The notes beneath the pieces are model-generated. The model had not been told where the DNA came from and did not search any database. It worked only from the letters and a program-made list of their open reading frames with translations. The position numbers were made by a program, and so were the translations under genes. DNA of 64,000 nt from an uncultured delta proteobacterium (GTDB taxonomy: Bacteria > Desulfobacterota > Binatia > Binatales > Binataceae), in assembly GCA_963765675.1 (NCBI GenBank), contig CAVXXK010000001.1:1920001-1984000 (forward strand), read 5' to 3'. Shown in pieces: positions 10,831 to 20,375 of the stretch. The number at the start of each line of letters is the position of its first letter. Position 1 is the stretch's first letter.

Positions 10831-11475
10831 TCACTCACCGGCAGCGTCGCTTTGTGGCGCGGCCATGATGCCTCTGACTCGATTGTAGATGATGGCGGCG
10901 ACGCCCGCGACGATTAAAAGCGCAATCACGCCGTCGAAGCGGTGAAACCACGGTGCGAGGTCGTCCCAATGCTGCCCGAGCTTCATCCCCGCGTACGCCA
11001 GGATCAGGCACCACAGATACGATCCCGCAAGCGTATAAATCGTAAACGGCAACAGGCGCATGCGCGCGACTCCAGCCGGAAATGCGATAAAGGTGCGGAC
11101 CACCGGCAACAACCGGCTGACGAAAACGGCGGGCGAGCCCCAGCGCGCAAAAAACCGGTCGGCCATTTCGATTTCGTGCGGCGCGATCAGCACGAAGCGT
11201 CCGTACTTGAGCAGAAACCATCGCCCGCCGCTGGCGCCGATGTAGTACGCGACGTATGAGCCGAGCAGACATCCGAATGCACCCGCGATCGCAACCGGCT
11301 GCAGGCCGAAGCGCCCGGTGTGCACCAGGTAGCCGGAAAACGGCATGATCACTTCCGACGGTAACGGGATGCATGAGCTTTCGATCGCCATCATCAGGAG
11401 CACGCCGCCATAACCGAGCGACGAAATCGTCGCGATAATAAACCCCGATACGCCGGCGAGCAGCTTGTCGATCAT
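10831..11475 (-). CDS. dedA: DedA family membrane protein
   Basis: IESSCIPLPSEVIMPFSG, FVSRLLPVVRTFIAFPAG. Confidence 0.92.
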   Translation of the reverse strand: MIDKLLAGVSGFIIATISSLGYGGVLLMMAIESSCIPLPSEVIMPFSGYLVHTGRFGLQPVAIAGAFGCLLGSYVAYYIGASGGRWFLLKYGRFVLIAPHEIEMADRFFARWGSPAVFVSRLLPVVRTFIAFPAGVARMRLLPFTIYTLAGSYLWCLILAYAGMKLGQHWDDLAPWFHRFDGVIALLIVAGVAAIIYNRVRGIMAAPQSDAAGE

Positions 11476-11692
11476 CTGGTCAGATTTCCTGTGGCGCGCC
11501 TTCGGTCTTTTGGTCTCGCGCTGTCCCGGAACAGGTCCGCGTTCGAGGGTGCCATTTCGATTGTGGCAAAGCGAGTGCCCGGCGGTTGCCCGGCGTCGCG
11601 AATTTGTCGTAAACTCCCGTTATCGACTACTGCATATATGTTGAACGAGAAACGCCGTACAGTGATTTAGATAACCCAAAGAGGATGACGCC

Positions 11693-13024
11693 ATGGCCAA
11701 GGAAACGCTCAGCATCACCGACAATCGCACCGGCAAGCGCTACGACATCCCGATCGAAGAGGGCGGCGTCATTCGTGCCGCGGCGCTGAGGCAAATCAAA
11801 ACCTCGCCCGACGATTTCGGCCTAATGTCCTACGATCCGGCGTTCATGAACACGGCATCGTGCCGCAGCCGGATAACCTTTATCGACGGCGACAAGGGAA
11901 TCCTGCGCTACCGCGGTTATCCGATCGAAGAGCTGGCGGAGAAGAGCAACTACCTCGAGACCGCGTATCTGATCGTCAAGGGCGAGTTGCCCGACCGCGA
12001 GCACTACCTGCGCTGGGAGCACAACATCAAGATCCACACGATGGTCCATGAGAGCATCAAGACTTTCATGGAGGGCTACCGCTACGACGCGCATCCGATG
12101 GGGATGCTGGTGGGGACCGTCGGCGCGCTCTCGACGTTCTATCCCGACGCCAAAAATATCCACGACCTCGAATCACGCCGGCTCCAGACTCGCCGCCTGA
12201 TCGGCAAAATTCCCACGCTTGCCGCATTCGCCTACCGCCACACACGCGGACTGCCCTACGTCTATCCGGACAACGATTTAAGCTACACCGGAAATTTCCT
12301 CTCGATGCTCTTCAAGATGACCGAGCTCAAGTACAAACCCAATCCGGTGCTCGAGCGCGCGCTCGACGTGCTGTTCATCCTGCACGCCGACCACGAGCAG
12401 AATTGCTCGGCCAACGCGATGCGCGCGGTCGGCAGCTCGCAGCCCGATCCTTACGCTGCTGCAGCGGCGGCGGTCGCCGCGCTATACGGTCCACTGCATG
12501 GAGGCGCCAACGAGGCCGCGATTCGGGGTCTGATGGAGATCGGCTCGGTCAAGAATATCCCGTCATTTATCAAGGCGGTGAAGAACAAGGAGCGCCGCCT
12601 GATGGGCTTCGGGCATCGCGTGTACAAGAACTACGACCCACGCGCGAAGATTCTGAAGGCGATGGCCGAGCAGGTGTTCGAGGTCACCGGCCGCAATCCG
12701 CTGATCGACATCGCGGTCGAGCTGGAACGAATCGCGCTGCAGGACGACTATTTTATCGAGCACAAGCTCTATCCCAACGTCGATTTCTATTCTGGTATCA
12801 TCTACCAGGCGATGGGCTTCCAGATGGAGATGTTCCCGGTGTTGTTCGCGATTCCCCGCACTTCGGGATGGATGGCGCAGTGGGCCGAGATGGTCCGCGA
12901 CCCCGAACAGGCGATAGCCAGGCCGCGCCAGATATACATCGGCGAGCAGACGAGGCATTACACCCCGATCGACTCGCGCCCCAAGCCTACGATGCGCGAG
13001 GACGCGGTCAGCGAGGCTATCTAG
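11693..13024 (+). CDS. gltA: Citrate synthase
   Basis: LHADHEQN, GPLHGGANEA, MGFGHRVYKNYDPRA, YPNVDFYSG. Confidence 0.97.
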   Translation: MAKETLSITDNRTGKRYDIPIEEGGVIRAAALRQIKTSPDDFGLMSYDPAFMNTASCRSRITFIDGDKGILRYRGYPIEELAEKSNYLETAYLIVKGELPDREHYLRWEHNIKIHTMVHESIKTFMEGYRYDAHPMGMLVGTVGALSTFYPDAKNIHDLESRRLQTRRLIGKIPTLAAFAYRHTRGLPYVYPDNDLSYTGNFLSMLFKMTELKYKPNPVLERALDVLFILHADHEQNCSANAMRAVGSSQPDPYAAAAAAVAALYGPLHGGANEAAIRGLMEIGSVKNIPSFIKAVKNKERRLMGFGHRVYKNYDPRAKILKAMAEQVFEVTGRNPLIDIAVELERIALQDDYFIEHKLYPNVDFYSGIIYQAMGFQMEMFPVLFAIPRTSGWMAQWAEMVRDPEQAIARPRQIYIGEQTRHYTPIDSRPKPTMREDAVSEAI

Positions 13025-13190
13025 CCAGGCCCGGGGGAGGCACGCGACTGAGGGCTTTGCACCCATACGCATCCACAGTGAATACTTGACAGATTAGGGG
13101 TGGCATGAAGTGGCTCTGCTTGCTAAAAAAGAGTAGGCATGTATTAGGTAGAGTGGGGCGTGAGACCTGATCACGGTGGGAAGCATTTTT

Positions 13191-14306
13191 ATGGAAAGGC
13201 AAAGCCAGACCCGGATTCGTTATTTGAACATCGACGAGATGTTCCTCCGGATCGATAAACTCCGTTCCGAGCGCGAGCGATTGGAAGCGCGAGCTGCCCA
13301 AATCCCTGATTATGTTGCACAATTTGAGCGCTGGGCCCTTGCAGAGTCGACGGCTGCTCCCTGGATGCAACCGGCTCAGACGGCAGAACTCGCGCGGATA
13401 TCAGCCAGCACAGAGCGCTTCGCTGACCCGGCTTACGTCTGGATGGGCGATGATATGGCCGTGCATCTGGAAGCCGCTGATCCATCCGAACTTGACATTG
13501 ACACCGACGAGGACTTTGACGGCGACAGCGTCAGGAAAGAGCCGTGGCGCGACGCGCCGACGGGCTTCCTCGCCAAGTGGGGACTCGAGCGTTATGCTTT
13601 GGGCGCCACTGCGGTCGGAATCATCGCGCTGCTCATCGCTGGAACCGCCTTCCGCACCGGACCCAGCGATACGTTGAACAGTCTCGCGATGGCGAATCTG
13701 TCGGCAGGCCGCGATCCATACAACGAGGTCGCCATCGACGAAAACGTTACTGCGATGCCTTCGGGACAGGTCGAGGTCGCGGCAATTTCGCCTCCGCGTC
13801 AGGCGCCTACTCCTGATGAGGTGGACGAGCGGGTCCATCAGGCGCTCTCGGATCAGGGTTTCTGGGATATCGGCGTATCTGCGGGCAGTCGCGGCGATAT
13901 CTATCTGGCGGGCGACGTTTACAGTATGGACGAAGCCAAGTACGTGATGGCGGTTGCGCGTCATGCGACCCATGCGGCCAGCGTGTTCTTCCTCCATCCG
14001 GATGTGCTTCCGGCACAAGGCCCAGCCTATTTCGGTGCCGCAGCGGACTATGCTCCTGCCGTCTGGGGAGCAAAGATTTCTTACGTGGCGATCGGTTCGC
14101 CGGCGTACATGGCTGGCGTGCGCGCGGGCGACGTGATCCGTGGGTTCGATGGCAAGATGGTCGCCGATGCGGATGATCTGCAAAAGGCGGTTTCCGCGCA
14201 TCAGCCCGGTCAGAGAATCCAGATTAGGGTCTGGCGCGACAACGCGAATCAATTCCTGGTCGCGCGGCTGACTACGAAGCCCCGAACCGAAGTCGCGATG
14301 CGCTAG
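13191..14306 (+). CDS. Single-pass membrane protein with BON-like and C-terminal PDZ domains
   Basis: TM segment YALGATAVGIIALLIAG; BON-like VDERVHQAL..IYLAGDV; PDZ GSPAYMAGVRAGDVIRGFDG. Confidence 0.7.
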   Translation: MERQSQTRIRYLNIDEMFLRIDKLRSERERLEARAAQIPDYVAQFERWALAESTAAPWMQPAQTAELARISASTERFADPAYVWMGDDMAVHLEAADPSELDIDTDEDFDGDSVRKEPWRDAPTGFLAKWGLERYALGATAVGIIALLIAGTAFRTGPSDTLNSLAMANLSAGRDPYNEVAIDENVTAMPSGQVEVAAISPPRQAPTPDEVDERVHQALSDQGFWDIGVSAGSRGDIYLAGDVYSMDEAKYVMAVARHATHAASVFFLHPDVLPAQGPAYFGAAADYAPAVWGAKISYVAIGSPAYMAGVRAGDVIRGFDGKMVADADDLQKAVSAHQPGQRIQIRVWRDNANQFLVARLTTKPRTEVAMR

Positions 14307-14333
14307 TCTTTACGCGAAATTAAGGCGCTTTTA

Positions 14334-14376
14334 AGAAGCCGCGCTGATGCTTCCGCATGAGCGCGGCTTCTCTTTT
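14334..14376. terminator. Hairpin terminator between convergent genes
   Basis: AGAAGCCGCGCT / AGCGCGGCTTCT stem followed by a T tract. Confidence 0.7.
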
Positions 14377-14398
14377 GCCGCCGCGACGGCTACCGTTT

Positions 14399-15223
14399 CT
14401 ACGCGCGCTCTTTGAAGTGAGGTTTGCGCTTCTCGACGAAAGCGCGCGCTCCCTCTTCGATATAGCCTGCGCGCACGCACAGCACCTGGTTGCGGTCTTC
14501 CATCGCGATCGCCTGCTCCAGGCTGCCCGCATCGACGCTCGCCCACAGGCATTCTTTGGTCATCCGCAGTCCCAGCGGCGAGGTCTCCGTCATCTCGAGT
14601 GCGAGCTTTGCGGCGGCCGCGTCAACCTCCGCGTCGGGATGCAGCTCCGAAACCAGCCCCGTCGCCAAAGCGCGTTGCGCGTTGATAAACCGCCCCGTCA
14701 GCATCAGCTCGGCGGCGACTGCGGTCCCGACGGCGCGCGGCAGATGATAGCTGACGCCCATGTCGCATGCGCTAAGGCCGATTCGGATGAATGCCGCGTT
14801 GAAGCGCGCCGATTCGCCGGCAATTCGCGCGTCGCATGCCAGCGCTAACGCGAAGCCGCCGCCGGCCGCGGGTCCTCGCACCGCCGCGATGAACGGCTGC
14901 GGCGCCCGGCGCATCGAGACCACCAAATCGCTCATGCGCCGCTGCGATTCAACCGTGTCGGTGGTCGAGGAGCCAAGCCCGGTCCCGCCGCGGTTCTGCT
15001 CCTTCAAATCCAGCCCGGCGCAGAAGGCGCGCCCGGCCCCGCGCATCACCACCACGCGGGTCTGTTTGTCGCCGGGGAGCCGTCGCAGGAAGTCCTCGAG
15101 CTCGGTCACCATCTGGCCGCTTAACGCGTTCAGATTGTGCGGACGATTGAAGGTCAGCCAGCAGACCGCCCCGTCATTTCTGGTCTCTATCGCTTCATAA
15201 GCCATCTGTTTGTTCTCCAGCAT
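14399..15223 (-). CDS. Enoyl-CoA hydratase/isomerase
   Basis: FNRPHNLNAL, AFCAGLDL, AAGGGFALALACDARIA. Confidence 0.93.
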   Translation of the reverse strand: MLENKQMAYEAIETRNDGAVCWLTFNRPHNLNALSGQMVTELEDFLRRLPGDKQTRVVVMRGAGRAFCAGLDLKEQNRGGTGLGSSTTDTVESQRRMSDLVVSMRRAPQPFIAAVRGPAAGGGFALALACDARIAGESARFNAAFIRIGLSACDMGVSYHLPRAVGTAVAAELMLTGRFINAQRALATGLVSELHPDAEVDAAAAKLALEMTETSPLGLRMTKECLWASVDAGSLEQAIAMEDRNQVLCVRAGYIEEGARAFVEKRKPHFKERA

Positions 15224-15445
15224 GGATTTTTATTGCTGCGCGCTTCGGCGTTTGTCCTGATGTTCTCTGGCGTCGCATCGCTGTTGCGGCCCGTTTGTGC
15301 GCTATGTTCCCTCAGCGCGGTGTTTTATGCCCCTTATTGTCCCTTGACATAACTGTGACCCAACCGGAATCTTTGCCTCATCCTCGATTCGCGGCGGCGC
15401 TTGCGCAATCTCGCTCGCGAGGTCAGCACGAGGTAAGGAGACGCG

Positions 15446-15691
15446 ATGGCTGGAGACAGTGACATATTGACAATCGCCGAGTTGTCGCGGCATTTGCGGG
15501 TTCATCCCACCACCATTTATCGACTGCTTCGGCAGGGACGGATTCCCGGATTTCGGGTTGGCAGCGCGTGGCGATTCAACAAGTCTGCCATCGAAAAATG
15601 GGAACACACGCAGGGACCCATAACCGACTTCGACATTCCTCAGCGTGGACGTCGCTCGCGCACCGCAAAAGTCGCGCGTGGCAGAAAGTAG
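15446..15691 (+). CDS. Excisionase-like HTH_17 DNA-binding protein
   Basis: ILTIAELSRHLRVHPTTIYRLLRQGRIPGFRVGSAWRF; AAGGAG RBS. Confidence 0.88.
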   Translation: MAGDSDILTIAELSRHLRVHPTTIYRLLRQGRIPGFRVGSAWRFNKSAIEKWEHTQGPITDFDIPQRGRRSRTAKVARGRK

Positions 15692-15940
15692 AGCGCAGAG
15701 CCGATGCGCTCTGCAAGCGCGGATTTCCGCGCCGCAGAGTGCTGCCTGGATCATCTTTCACTCATTTCTGTAATCAAAACCTCGGACGTGATTCCGCTCG
15801 AGCAAGATCCGCGCTTTCTCGGCTCGAGCCGCGCTCGTTGAAGAAGGCGTGATCGCCTCGCTCGCAGTGCCGTTTGACAACCGCGCGGCTAACCTAATAG
15901 CTAACTTTCAAACGAAGCTTGAGTGGAGTGACACGCGGCG

Positions 15941-16757
15941 ATGCCGACCAAGTACACCGACGTTAAGGGCCACGCGACTTACTATTTCTATCACGGCGCA
16001 ACTTGCCTGCCCGATGTGGTACCGGACCTGAGCCGCGGACGTGCGATTATTTTGATCCACGGCGCGGGCTCGAACGCGCATTCGTGGCATCGCCAGGTTG
16101 ACGCGCTCGGCAAAAACCACAGCCCGGTCGCGCTCGATCTGCCCGGCCACGGCCGCTCCGCCGGAGTCGAGGGTCTGGCGACGGTGCAGGACTACGCCGA
16201 TTTCGTCGCCGCGTTCATGGACGCGCTGAAATTGCGCTCGGCCGTAATCATGGGACATTCGATGGGCGGCGCGGTCGCGATGGAGATGGCGCTGCGGCAT
16301 CCCGCGCGCGTGCAGGCGCTGGTCCTGGTCGCCACGGCGGCAAAGTTCAATCTGCCGCCTGCGTTGGTCGAGGGATTGCGCGCGGTGATGATGGGGCGCG
16401 CGCCGCAGAGCTTTACCACCGACGGCTACTCGCCCAAAACGATCAAGGAAAACTTCGACGTGATTCGCGAAGGCTGGATGGAGCAGATCCGAACCGACCC
16501 GCGCGTGCGCTACACCGACGTCGCCGCGTGCATGAAGGTCGATCTGCAGCGGCGCGATCGCGAAGATCGACAAGCCAACGCTGATCGTCGCCGGCGCCGA
16601 TGATCTCGGGACTCCGCCCGCCGATGCAGAAATTATCCGCAGCAAAATCCGCGGCGCGAAGCTGGTAACGATTCCCGAAGCGGGCCACGTGATCGTCCAT
16701 GAGCGCCCCGCCGAACTGCAGGCCGCCGTCGACTCCTTTTTCGCCGAGCTGAAGTAA
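15941..16757 (+). CDS. Alpha/beta hydrolase, with one apparent +1 frameshift near 16547
   Basis: IHGAG, DLPGHG, GHSMGG. The C-terminus (IDKPTLIVAGADD..EAGHVIVHE..ELK*) continues in the next frame. Confidence 0.85.
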
Positions 16758-16782
16758 CGCGCGCTCAAGTAAGGACCTCGCC

Positions 16783-17943
16783 ATGAGTCTTTCCCGAAAA
16801 ACTGCAGTCGCCGGAGTGTTCGAGCATCCGACCCGCTTCGCTCCGGACAAGTCGATGTTCCAAATCATGGCCGAGAGCGTGCGCGGCGCGCTCGACGACG
16901 CCGGGCTCACGATCAAAGACGTTGATGGCCTCGCGACCACCGGCATGGGCATGGGCGGGATGGGGATAATCGGCTTCTGCGATTACCTGAATCTGACGCC
17001 CAACTACGTTGATTCGACCGCGATTGGAGGGTCGTCGTTCGTCGCGCATACCGCGCACGCCGCCGCCGCGATCGCCGCCGGGCTGTGCGAGGTATGCGTG
17101 GTCGTGTACGGCTCGACAGCGGCGTCGTCGCGATTCGCGATCGGAACCGGAGGCGCGGGAGGCTCGGGCGATCCGCCCGATCAGTACGACGCTCCCTTCG
17201 GCGTCACAACGGTCGGCGCATACGCGATGATCGCGCAGCGCCACATGCATGACTACGGCACCACCTCGGAGCAGCTCGCGGAGATCGCGGTCACGATGCG
17301 GCTGCATGCGTCGATGAATCCGGTGGCGAAATATCGCGACCCGATCACGGTCGAGGATGTGCTCGCCTCGCGCGTTATCTCGTCGCCGCTGCATCTGCTC
17401 GATTGCTGCATCATCTCCGACGGCGGCGGTGCTCTCGTTATCACCTCGGCCGAGCGCGCGAAGAGCCTCAAGAAGAAGCCGGTCTATATTCTCGGCGTCG
17501 GCGAGGCGGTGCGTCACGCGGCGCGCGGACAGCGCGACTACCTTGATATCGCGGCGGCGCAATCGGGCAAGCTCGCGTTCGAGCGCGCGGGCGTATCGCA
17601 CAAAGATATCGACATGGCGATGATCTACGACTCGTTCACGATCACCGTGCTCTCGACGCTCGAGAACCTGGGCTTCTGCAAGCGCGGCGAGGGCGGCGCG
17701 TTCGTGAGCGGCGGCAGACTGCGCTATGACGGCGCGTTTCCGATCAACACCGACGGCGGCGGCCTGTCATCGAATCATCCGGGGATGCGCGGAATCTTCC
17801 TCGTGATCGAGGCGGCCAAACAACTACGCGGCGAATGCGGTCCGCGCCAGGTGAAAAATTGCAAAACCGCGCTGGTGCACGGCACCGGCGGAGCACTCGG
17901 CACGCGCCACTCGGGCGCAACGCTGATCCTCTCGAATCAATAG
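16783..17943 (+). CDS. SCP2/Ltp2-type thiolase-fold protein
   Basis: PLHLLDCC..SDGGGA, IYDSFT, NTDGGGLS..HPG. No Cys at the usual nucleophile position (TAIGGSS). Confidence 0.88.
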   Translation: MSLSRKTAVAGVFEHPTRFAPDKSMFQIMAESVRGALDDAGLTIKDVDGLATTGMGMGGMGIIGFCDYLNLTPNYVDSTAIGGSSFVAHTAHAAAAIAAGLCEVCVVVYGSTAASSRFAIGTGGAGGSGDPPDQYDAPFGVTTVGAYAMIAQRHMHDYGTTSEQLAEIAVTMRLHASMNPVAKYRDPITVEDVLASRVISSPLHLLDCCIISDGGGALVITSAERAKSLKKKPVYILGVGEAVRHAARGQRDYLDIAAAQSGKLAFERAGVSHKDIDMAMIYDSFTITVLSTLENLGFCKRGEGGAFVSGGRLRYDGAFPINTDGGGLSSNHPGMRGIFLVIEAAKQLRGECGPRQVKNCKTALVHGTGGALGTRHSGATLILSNQ

Positions 17944-17952
17944 GTTACCGCC

Positions 17953-18378
17953 ATGCCCGAGCAGAAAGAAAAAAAATACGCGAAGCCTCTGCCGCATCTC
18001 GATGAAGAAAACCGCCCGTGGTGGGAAGCGATGAAGCGCCACGAGCTGTATATTCAGAAGTGCCGCGATTGCGGCGATATCCGCTATTATCCGCGCGCGC
18101 TCTGCACGAGCTGCCTGTCGCCGCGCACCGAATGGATTCGCGCCAAGGGGCACGGCAAGGTCTATACCTTCACTACGACCTACCAGAATCAGGCCGCCGG
18201 ATTTCGTGAATCGCTGCCCTATATCATGGCCTACGTTGAGCTAGACGAAGGGCTCAAGATGCTCACCAATCTGGTGGAATGCCGTCCGGAAGAGGTTAAA
18301 ATAGGAATGCCCGTCGAGGTCGTATACGAGGATGTCACCCCCGAGGTGACGCTCGCGAAATTTCGCCCGGCGAGGTAA
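17953..18378 (+). CDS. DUF35 Zn-ribbon/OB-fold protein
   Basis: CRDC..YPRALCTSC, GKVYTFT, YVELDEG, IGMPVEV. Confidence 0.92.
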   Translation: MPEQKEKKYAKPLPHLDEENRPWWEAMKRHELYIQKCRDCGDIRYYPRALCTSCLSPRTEWIRAKGHGKVYTFTTTYQNQAAGFRESLPYIMAYVELDEGLKMLTNLVECRPEEVKIGMPVEVVYEDVTPEVTLAKFRPAR

Positions 18379-18390
18379 GGAACTAGCCGC

Positions 18391-19074
18391 TTGAGCACAA
18401 CCCTTGATCTGCATTCGCATAGCGATGCGTCCGAAGACAGCCGCGCACCGGTAGAGGCGTACCTCAACTGGATCCGGCTTCGGCGCGCCGAACGTCCGAT
18501 CGACGGAATCGTCCTGACGGAGCATCGCCAGTTCAACCGTGAGGCCGACTATCGCGCGCTCGAAGACCAGTTCGGCGTGATGGTCTTGCGCGCGTCGGAA
18601 GTCGAGACCAACTACGGCCACGTGCTGGTATTTGGCGTCAACGACGACATCCTGGCGCGCTTCGATTTCGCCAATATCCGGCTCGACGCTCAGACGCTCG
18701 TCGACGAAGTCGCGCGGCTCGGCGGAGTCGCGGTGCCGTGTCATCCGGGGCGCCCGAATATCGGGCTCTACGAGCACTACGCGACGCGGCCTCCGTTGGA
18801 AAATCTGGTCGCCGTCGAGGTGCTCAACGGCGGCTCGCGCAAGGGCGAAGACGAGCGCAGCGCGGAGCTGGTCGCGCGTTTCGGCTATCGTGCGGTGGGC
18901 GGATCGGACAGCCATCTGGTGAGCCTGATTGGCCTGTGCGCGACGCGTTTTGCGGCCGAGATTCGATCGATCGACGACCTGGTGCGCGAGCTCAAGACCG
19001 GCGCCTACGAGCCGGTGGATTTTCGTCCCAGGCGCAAACCGGTTGCGCATGCGGTGGCCGAGGAAACGAGATAA
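18391..19074 (+). CDS. PHP-domain metal-dependent phosphoesterase
   Basis: DLHSHS, LTEH, GHVLV, HPGR, GGSDSH. TTG start. Confidence 0.85.
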   Translation: MSTTLDLHSHSDASEDSRAPVEAYLNWIRLRRAERPIDGIVLTEHRQFNREADYRALEDQFGVMVLRASEVETNYGHVLVFGVNDDILARFDFANIRLDAQTLVDEVARLGGVAVPCHPGRPNIGLYEHYATRPPLENLVAVEVLNGGSRKGEDERSAELVARFGYRAVGGSDSHLVSLIGLCATRFAAEIRSIDDLVRELKTGAYEPVDFRPRRKPVAHAVAEETR

Positions 19075-19080
19075 ATCGCG

Positions 19081-19527
19081 ATGGCTGTGGAATACGATCC
19101 GGCGCTGATCAACAAGGTTTTTGAAATCACCGATCCGGTTGCCGTCACGCGCGAGAAAATCGCGAAGTTCTGCGCCGCGATCGGCGAGACCAATCCGCTC
19201 TACACCGACGACGAAGCGGCGAAGAAAGGCCCCTTCGGCGGGGTAGTCGCACCGCCATCATTCGCCACGATGTTCCGCAACGGACGCCATTTTTTCGAGA
19301 ACGTGCCGCGCTTCGGCCGTCGCGGCTTCGACGCCGGCAAGGACGTTGAATTTGTCGAGCCGATCCGGCCGGGCGACGCAGTCACGCTGAGCTCGGCGGT
19401 CAAGGAAATTTACGAAAAGACCGGACGCACCGGAACGATGGTGTTCGTGGTGATCCGCTCGACGCTTAAAAACCAGAAGGGCGAGGTCGTAGCGCATATC
19501 GACCATCGCTTCATGAACCGCCCGTAG
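19081..19527 (+). CDS. MaoC-like hot-dog fold protein (HadA / FAS1 N-terminal type)
   Basis: KFCAAIGETNPLY, VAPPSF, PIRPGD. Confidence 0.85.
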   Translation: MAVEYDPALINKVFEITDPVAVTREKIAKFCAAIGETNPLYTDDEAAKKGPFGGVVAPPSFATMFRNGRHFFENVPRFGRRGFDAGKDVEFVEPIRPGDAVTLSSAVKEIYEKTGRTGTMVFVVIRSTLKNQKGEVVAHIDHRFMNRP

Positions 19528-19552
19528 CCATCGGCGCATCGCGACTCGAATC

Positions 19553-19969
19553 ATGAAAAGTTTTGCGGACGTTACAATCGGCGACACGCTCGGACCGTCC
19601 GAGCAATTCGTGAGCAAGGATCAGTGCCGCGCATTCGCACGCGCGGGCGGACTCGAAGCGCCGCGCTTCATGGACGACGAAGGCGCCAAGAAAGAAGGGC
19701 TCCCCGGAATGATCCTGCCCGGCAACATGAGCCTGGGCCTGCTCTCGAAATTCGTGACCGACTGGATCGGCACCGAAGGCGGTGCCCGCCTCATCCGGAT
19801 AAGCACGACCTACCGCGTGCCGGTGCAGCCCGACCACACGTTAACGCTGAACGGGTTCGTAACCCACTCGACGCCAGCGGAACGGACAGCGGAAATCGAC
19901 GTCTGGATAGAAAACGAAGAAGCCGACCGACTCGTAACCGGCACCGCCACCGTCCAGTTCGACCAGTAG
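19553..19969 (+). CDS. MaoC-like hot-dog fold protein (HadB-like, atypical active site)
   Basis: VTIGDTL, DDEGAKKEGLPGMILPG, YRVPVQP, VTGTATV. Confidence 0.8.
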   Translation: MKSFADVTIGDTLGPSEQFVSKDQCRAFARAGGLEAPRFMDDEGAKKEGLPGMILPGNMSLGLLSKFVTDWIGTEGGARLIRISTTYRVPVQPDHTLTLNGFVTHSTPAERTAEIDVWIENEEADRLVTGTATVQFDQ

Positions 19970-20137
19970 ACGCTCGCCTCACGAATGAGATCTGCGCCAA
20001 TTGAAATAGAACCTTATTTTGTAATTGAAAATATGCCGAAATTGCTTAACTTTTTTAAATCATAGTGTTTTCTGTCGTAGCATTTCTAGCCTTGGAGTGA
20101 GAAGATCAAAGGGTCGCCGATCAATGGAGGGGGAGAA

Positions 20138-20347
20138 ATGGAAGACGCAAAACTAAATGTCGAGAAGAAGGTTGCGGCAGATTTTCGAGACATGGAGAAG
20201 GCGCTCGAGGCGCGCAATCCAGGCGTGTTGGAACTGCTACGAGTCTATGGAGGCTATGAGGCGGCAATCGTTCAAGCCGAATCTTACCTGGGATTGATAG
20301 ATCTCGTGCCGCTCGTGGTGTCTTCGTCAACTGATTCCAATTCTTAA
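20138..20347 (+). CDS. Hypothetical 69-aa protein with Ser-rich C-terminus
   Basis: Strong GGAGG RBS; preceded by an AT-rich promoter region; ends 28 bp before the protease gene. Confidence 0.7.
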   Translation: MEDAKLNVEKKVAADFRDMEKALEARNPGVLELLRVYGGYEAAIVQAESYLGLIDLVPLVVSSSTDSNS

Positions 20348-20375
20348 GCGCCTCGCTCAATGGAAAGGGGAATAA

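Noticed and set aside
15446-15691. Excisionase as a marker of a prophage or ICE
   Set aside because: No integrase, att-bearing tRNA or phage genes nearby; stand-alone HTH_17 regulators are common.
16540-16560. Programmed ribosomal frameshifting in the hydrolase, CoA-transferase or vapB
   Set aside because: No slippery heptamer or stimulatory structure is visible. All are simple +1 insertions, consistent with sequencing error.
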